Source of the DNA: Candidatus Kerfeldbacteria bacterium RIFCSPLOWO2_02_FULL_42_19
GTDB taxonomy: Bacteria; Patescibacteriota; Patescibacteriia; HO2-48-17
Direction of reading: 5' to 3'
DNA length: 64,000 nucleotides
Assembly: GCA_001818315.1 (NCBI GenBank)
Contig: MHKF01000011.1
Location: forward strand, 44,825 to 108,824
This document shows positions 61,583-64,000 of the stretch, one piece after another. Below the pieces are notes generated by a model that worked only from the letters and a program-made list of their open reading frames with translations, was not told the DNA's origin and made no database searches. The first letter of the stretch is position 1. Each line of letters opens with the position of its first letter. The position numbers and the translations under genes are program-made.

Positions 61583-62839
61583 TTATTGACTGAGGAATAC
61601 CATGTTTTTGACTTGTAGTGTAATACCGAAGCTGACGACCTCTGGCTTTACTCCTGCTGTTTCGCTCGCTCCTTCTAGGCTTTCTGGTGCGCCTTCCGTA
61701 CTTCCGCTCTGAACGCTTCCGCCTGTTACCGTCACTTTTTCAACAAAATCAGCAGCTTCAAATGCTCGCACCTGTTCGGCTATTGCTTGAAAACTTGGCG
61801 CAAACGCTGTGAGGTTAAAAGCGCCATTGGTACTGCCGCTGATACTTTCGTAATACACATCTTGAAGTGTTACTTTTTCCAGCTCTGTTAAAAACTTTGT
61901 CCAGTAAATATGCTTCTCGAGTAATTCAGAGGTTGCATCAATGTGTTTTTTTAATTTCAACGCTTCTTCTTGCAGATTGAGATATTGTTTTGTTTGATTA
62001 TCAACATTTTGAATCTCGTCTTTCACTTGCAGTGTCTTGGTACGCAGCTGATAATCATAAAGAATCAGACCGACGTACATGAGGAGAATCACAATCACTG
62101 AGCCTGCAATGACACCCGCAAGCGAGCGACTTTTGTCTTGTGGCGCAAGTGTCGCTAAAAGATCCGAAGGCACAAGATTTACGTCAAGATTCATTCCACC
62201 TTTGTAAGGTCGCGAAATCTTTGGTGCTGTATATTCTAATTTTCCATTTTCTTTTTTCGGTTTCTTGATTTCTTCGAAACTTGGCCGATTTGGCTTCGGA
62301 GATTGTGCCTTTTTTTCGAGGCTCAACTTCTTCACTTCCGGCATGATGATTGGCGTAGGTGTTGGTGACAGCTTGGTTTGAGGTTTCTTTGTCAACAATC
62401 TCTCAAACCAACTTTTATGTTCTTTTGACTTTTGCAGTGGTTCTTTCGCTATTTGTATCTCTATCTTTCTTGGTTCAATGTCTGGTAACTTTGGCAGTGG
62501 TGCTGGCGTTTTTTCTTTTCTTTCAACTTCTTCTGGCTGTTGCAGAGGCTCAGCTGGTTTCTGCGTGATAGACTTTGTTGCGTCCTTCACCGATGGCAGC
62601 GTCCAAAGTTCTTTTTCGCTCTCAGCCGGTTTTTCGAACTTTTCTATGGTTATTTTTACGTCTTCCTCTTTTGACGGCATAAAAGAACGCAAAAAACTTC
62701 GCCATCTTTGCTTGTGCATACGTAATGGTTCTTTTTCTTTTTCCGGTTGAGTATACTGCAACTCTTGCGACACTACGGCCTTCTTTTCCTGCTCTGGCTT
62801 TCCTTCGTCCTTGTCATTTAAAAAATTAATACCCGCCAT
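61583..62839 (-). CDS. pilN: PilN-like protein with roughly 230-aa K/E/P-rich N-terminal extension
   Basis: TM (LAGVIAGSVIVILLMYVGLILY), coiled coil and periplasmic domain in the last 190 aa. N-terminal low-complexity region is rich in KPE repeats. Confidence 0.6.
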   Translation of the reverse strand: MAGINFLNDKDEGKPEQEKKAVVSQELQYTQPEKEKEPLRMHKQRWRSFLRSFMPSKEEDVKITIEKFEKPAESEKELWTLPSVKDATKSITQKPAEPLQQPEEVERKEKTPAPLPKLPDIEPRKIEIQIAKEPLQKSKEHKSWFERLLTKKPQTKLSPTPTPIIMPEVKKLSLEKKAQSPKPNRPSFEEIKKPKKENGKLEYTAPKISRPYKGGMNLDVNLVPSDLLATLAPQDKSRSLAGVIAGSVIVILLMYVGLILYDYQLRTKTLQVKDEIQNVDNQTKQYLNLQEEALKLKKHIDATSELLEKHIYWTKFLTELEKVTLQDVYYESISGSTNGAFNLTAFAPSFQAIAEQVRAFEAADFVEKVTVTGGSVQSGSTEGAPESLEGASETAGVKPEVVSFGITLQVKNMVFLSQ

Positions 62840-62845
62840 GGTTCG

Positions 62846-63991
62846 TTATTTAATAATTTCCCTCAAAGCAAGGCCTATTGATACTGCAAAACTTGGACCC
62901 AATTCATTAAGCACCGGCTTCAAATCAACGGGATAAATAATCTTTGCCCATGGATCGCCTATGAAAGTTCGTATCCCAAACGTTGCATTTAAATAATTCG
63001 GTAATTGTGGGAGCCACGCTGAACCTCCTGTGAGGATAATCTTTTCAAGCGGTTGAGCATATTGATCTTGATAGATATTCATCATATAACGGATCTCATT
63101 CACAATAGAGTTCATCATAAATTCTATTCTTTTCGGTATTTGTGACATTTCTTTTGCATCATCGCTCATGCTCAGACCAAAATCACGCTTGAATTGTTCA
63201 GCGCGCTTGAGATCAATATTGAGACTATTACTAATGGTTTTGGTGATCGTGCTCCCTCCGATATCTATACTTCGGTTAATGAGCGGGATGCTTCCGATCA
63301 TGATACTGATATTCGTAGCTACAGCCCCCATATCAATAGTCATAATCGGAGAAGGATCGTTGCCAATGAGTGATCGTTCGAGTGCAAAAGCTTCAGTCTC
63401 AAGACTTACGAGTTCTATGCCTGCACTTTTGAAGATTTCAATATATCGTTGCACAAGACTTTTTGGTGCAGCGGTAAGCAGAATATGAATATTTTTATAT
63501 TTTTCTTTCGATGTCGGAATGCGCGGAATGTTTGCGGGAATTTGTTCACTCGTTTCTTTTTCGCTTTCTCGTTCTTGCGATTCTTTTACAAGCTCTACGT
63601 GCGGAAATGTATCAAGAATTTTCCAATCTAGTACCATCTCTTCGATGGGCATCGGCACGAATTTTTTTGCCTCCCAGCGCACTGCCGCGGTAAGGTCTTT
63701 TTTGGACATCACTGGCAATTGTATCACCGAACTAAATACTGTATAACTAGGCAATGCTGCTACTGCTTTTCGTGTTGTTGTTACTGCTTTTTCTTGAATC
63801 AGCTTCAGAGCGCCTATAATCGTGTTTTTTGCCTGTTCGCTATCATTGTGTAAAATATCGGTTTCCTGCTCGGTGTAACCATAGGTTACCAATTTTGGCC
63901 TACCCTTTTCATTCTTGAGTTCTGTCATTTTGATTGCCGAACCTCCGATATCGATCCCAAGATAACTTTTGTTTGAAGAAAATAAACCCAT
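62846..63991 (-). CDS. pilM: PilM (actin-like ATPase-fold pilus assembly protein)
   Basis: LGIDIGGSAIKMTELK N-terminal motif; second half of the actin fold (GGSA...) present; roughly 60-aa acidic insertion. Confidence 0.85.
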   Translation of the reverse strand: MGLFSSNKSYLGIDIGGSAIKMTELKNEKGRPKLVTYGYTEQETDILHNDSEQAKNTIIGALKLIQEKAVTTTRKAVAALPSYTVFSSVIQLPVMSKKDLTAAVRWEAKKFVPMPIEEMVLDWKILDTFPHVELVKESQERESEKETSEQIPANIPRIPTSKEKYKNIHILLTAAPKSLVQRYIEIFKSAGIELVSLETEAFALERSLIGNDPSPIMTIDMGAVATNISIMIGSIPLINRSIDIGGSTITKTISNSLNIDLKRAEQFKRDFGLSMSDDAKEMSQIPKRIEFMMNSIVNEIRYMMNIYQDQYAQPLEKIILTGGSAWLPQLPNYLNATFGIRTFIGDPWAKIIYPVDLKPVLNELGPSFAVSIGLALREIIK

Positions 63992-64000
63992 GAAATGGCT

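Overview
This 64 kb window comes from a low-GC (about 42%) bacterium and is mostly a long run of minus-strand housekeeping genes. The ribosomal content suggests a CPR/Patescibacteria-like lineage: there is no L30 gene between rpsE and rplO, S14 is the Zn-ribbon type, L23 and S19 carry extensions, and L24 has a C-terminal Cys4 ribbon.

Gene content, left to right:
- A partial DUF4143 AAA+ ATPase at the window edge, then a higher-GC hypothetical gene.
- dnaB-ybaB-recR on the plus strand.
- rplU, preceded by a GC-rich structured leader.
- DUF192, a WecA/MraY-family transferase, ruvX, map, adk, secY.
- The S10/spc ribosomal cluster (rplO through rpsJ), then tuf.
- An atypically interrupted str region. 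A Phd/YefM-like domain protein and a divergent 677-aa membrane protein sit between tuf and fusA. A 246-aa membrane protein sits between fusA and rpsG.
- rpsL, an M50 protease, and rpmB (58 aa, missed by the ORF track).
- An AbiEi/AbiEii-like HTH plus nucleotidyltransferase pair.
- A 971-aa beta-helix, Cys-rich surface protein.
- cysS, a secreted hypothetical protein, and glmS.
- A tightly coupled three-gene operon: an AsnB-type amidotransferase, a SAM methyltransferase and a 508-aa putative GCS-like ligase.
- tRNA-Pro(GGG), ndk, a stand-alone receiver protein, gatCA, ligA and a metallophosphoesterase.
- A complete type IV pilus locus: PilX-like protein, three minor pilins, pilD, pilA, pilC, pilT-like, a receiver protein, pilB, an FN3 membrane protein, pilO, pilN, pilM.

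Non-coding features:
- A roughly 90-nt palindromic element in two copies (29.0 kb and 50.1 kb) with a compensatory base-pair change.
- Overlapping divergent consensus sigma70-like promoters at 32.3 kb.
- A nested 48-bp palindromic operator-like site upstream of glmS.
- Strong intrinsic terminators after pilA and after glmS.

No CRISPR array, rRNA or recognisable transposase was seen.

The best candidates for undescribed biology are the amidotransferase/methyltransferase/ligase operon, the two-gene insertion that splits the otherwise invariant fusA-tuf junction, and the AbiE-like module. Coordinates I derived by hand may be off by 1-2 nt.
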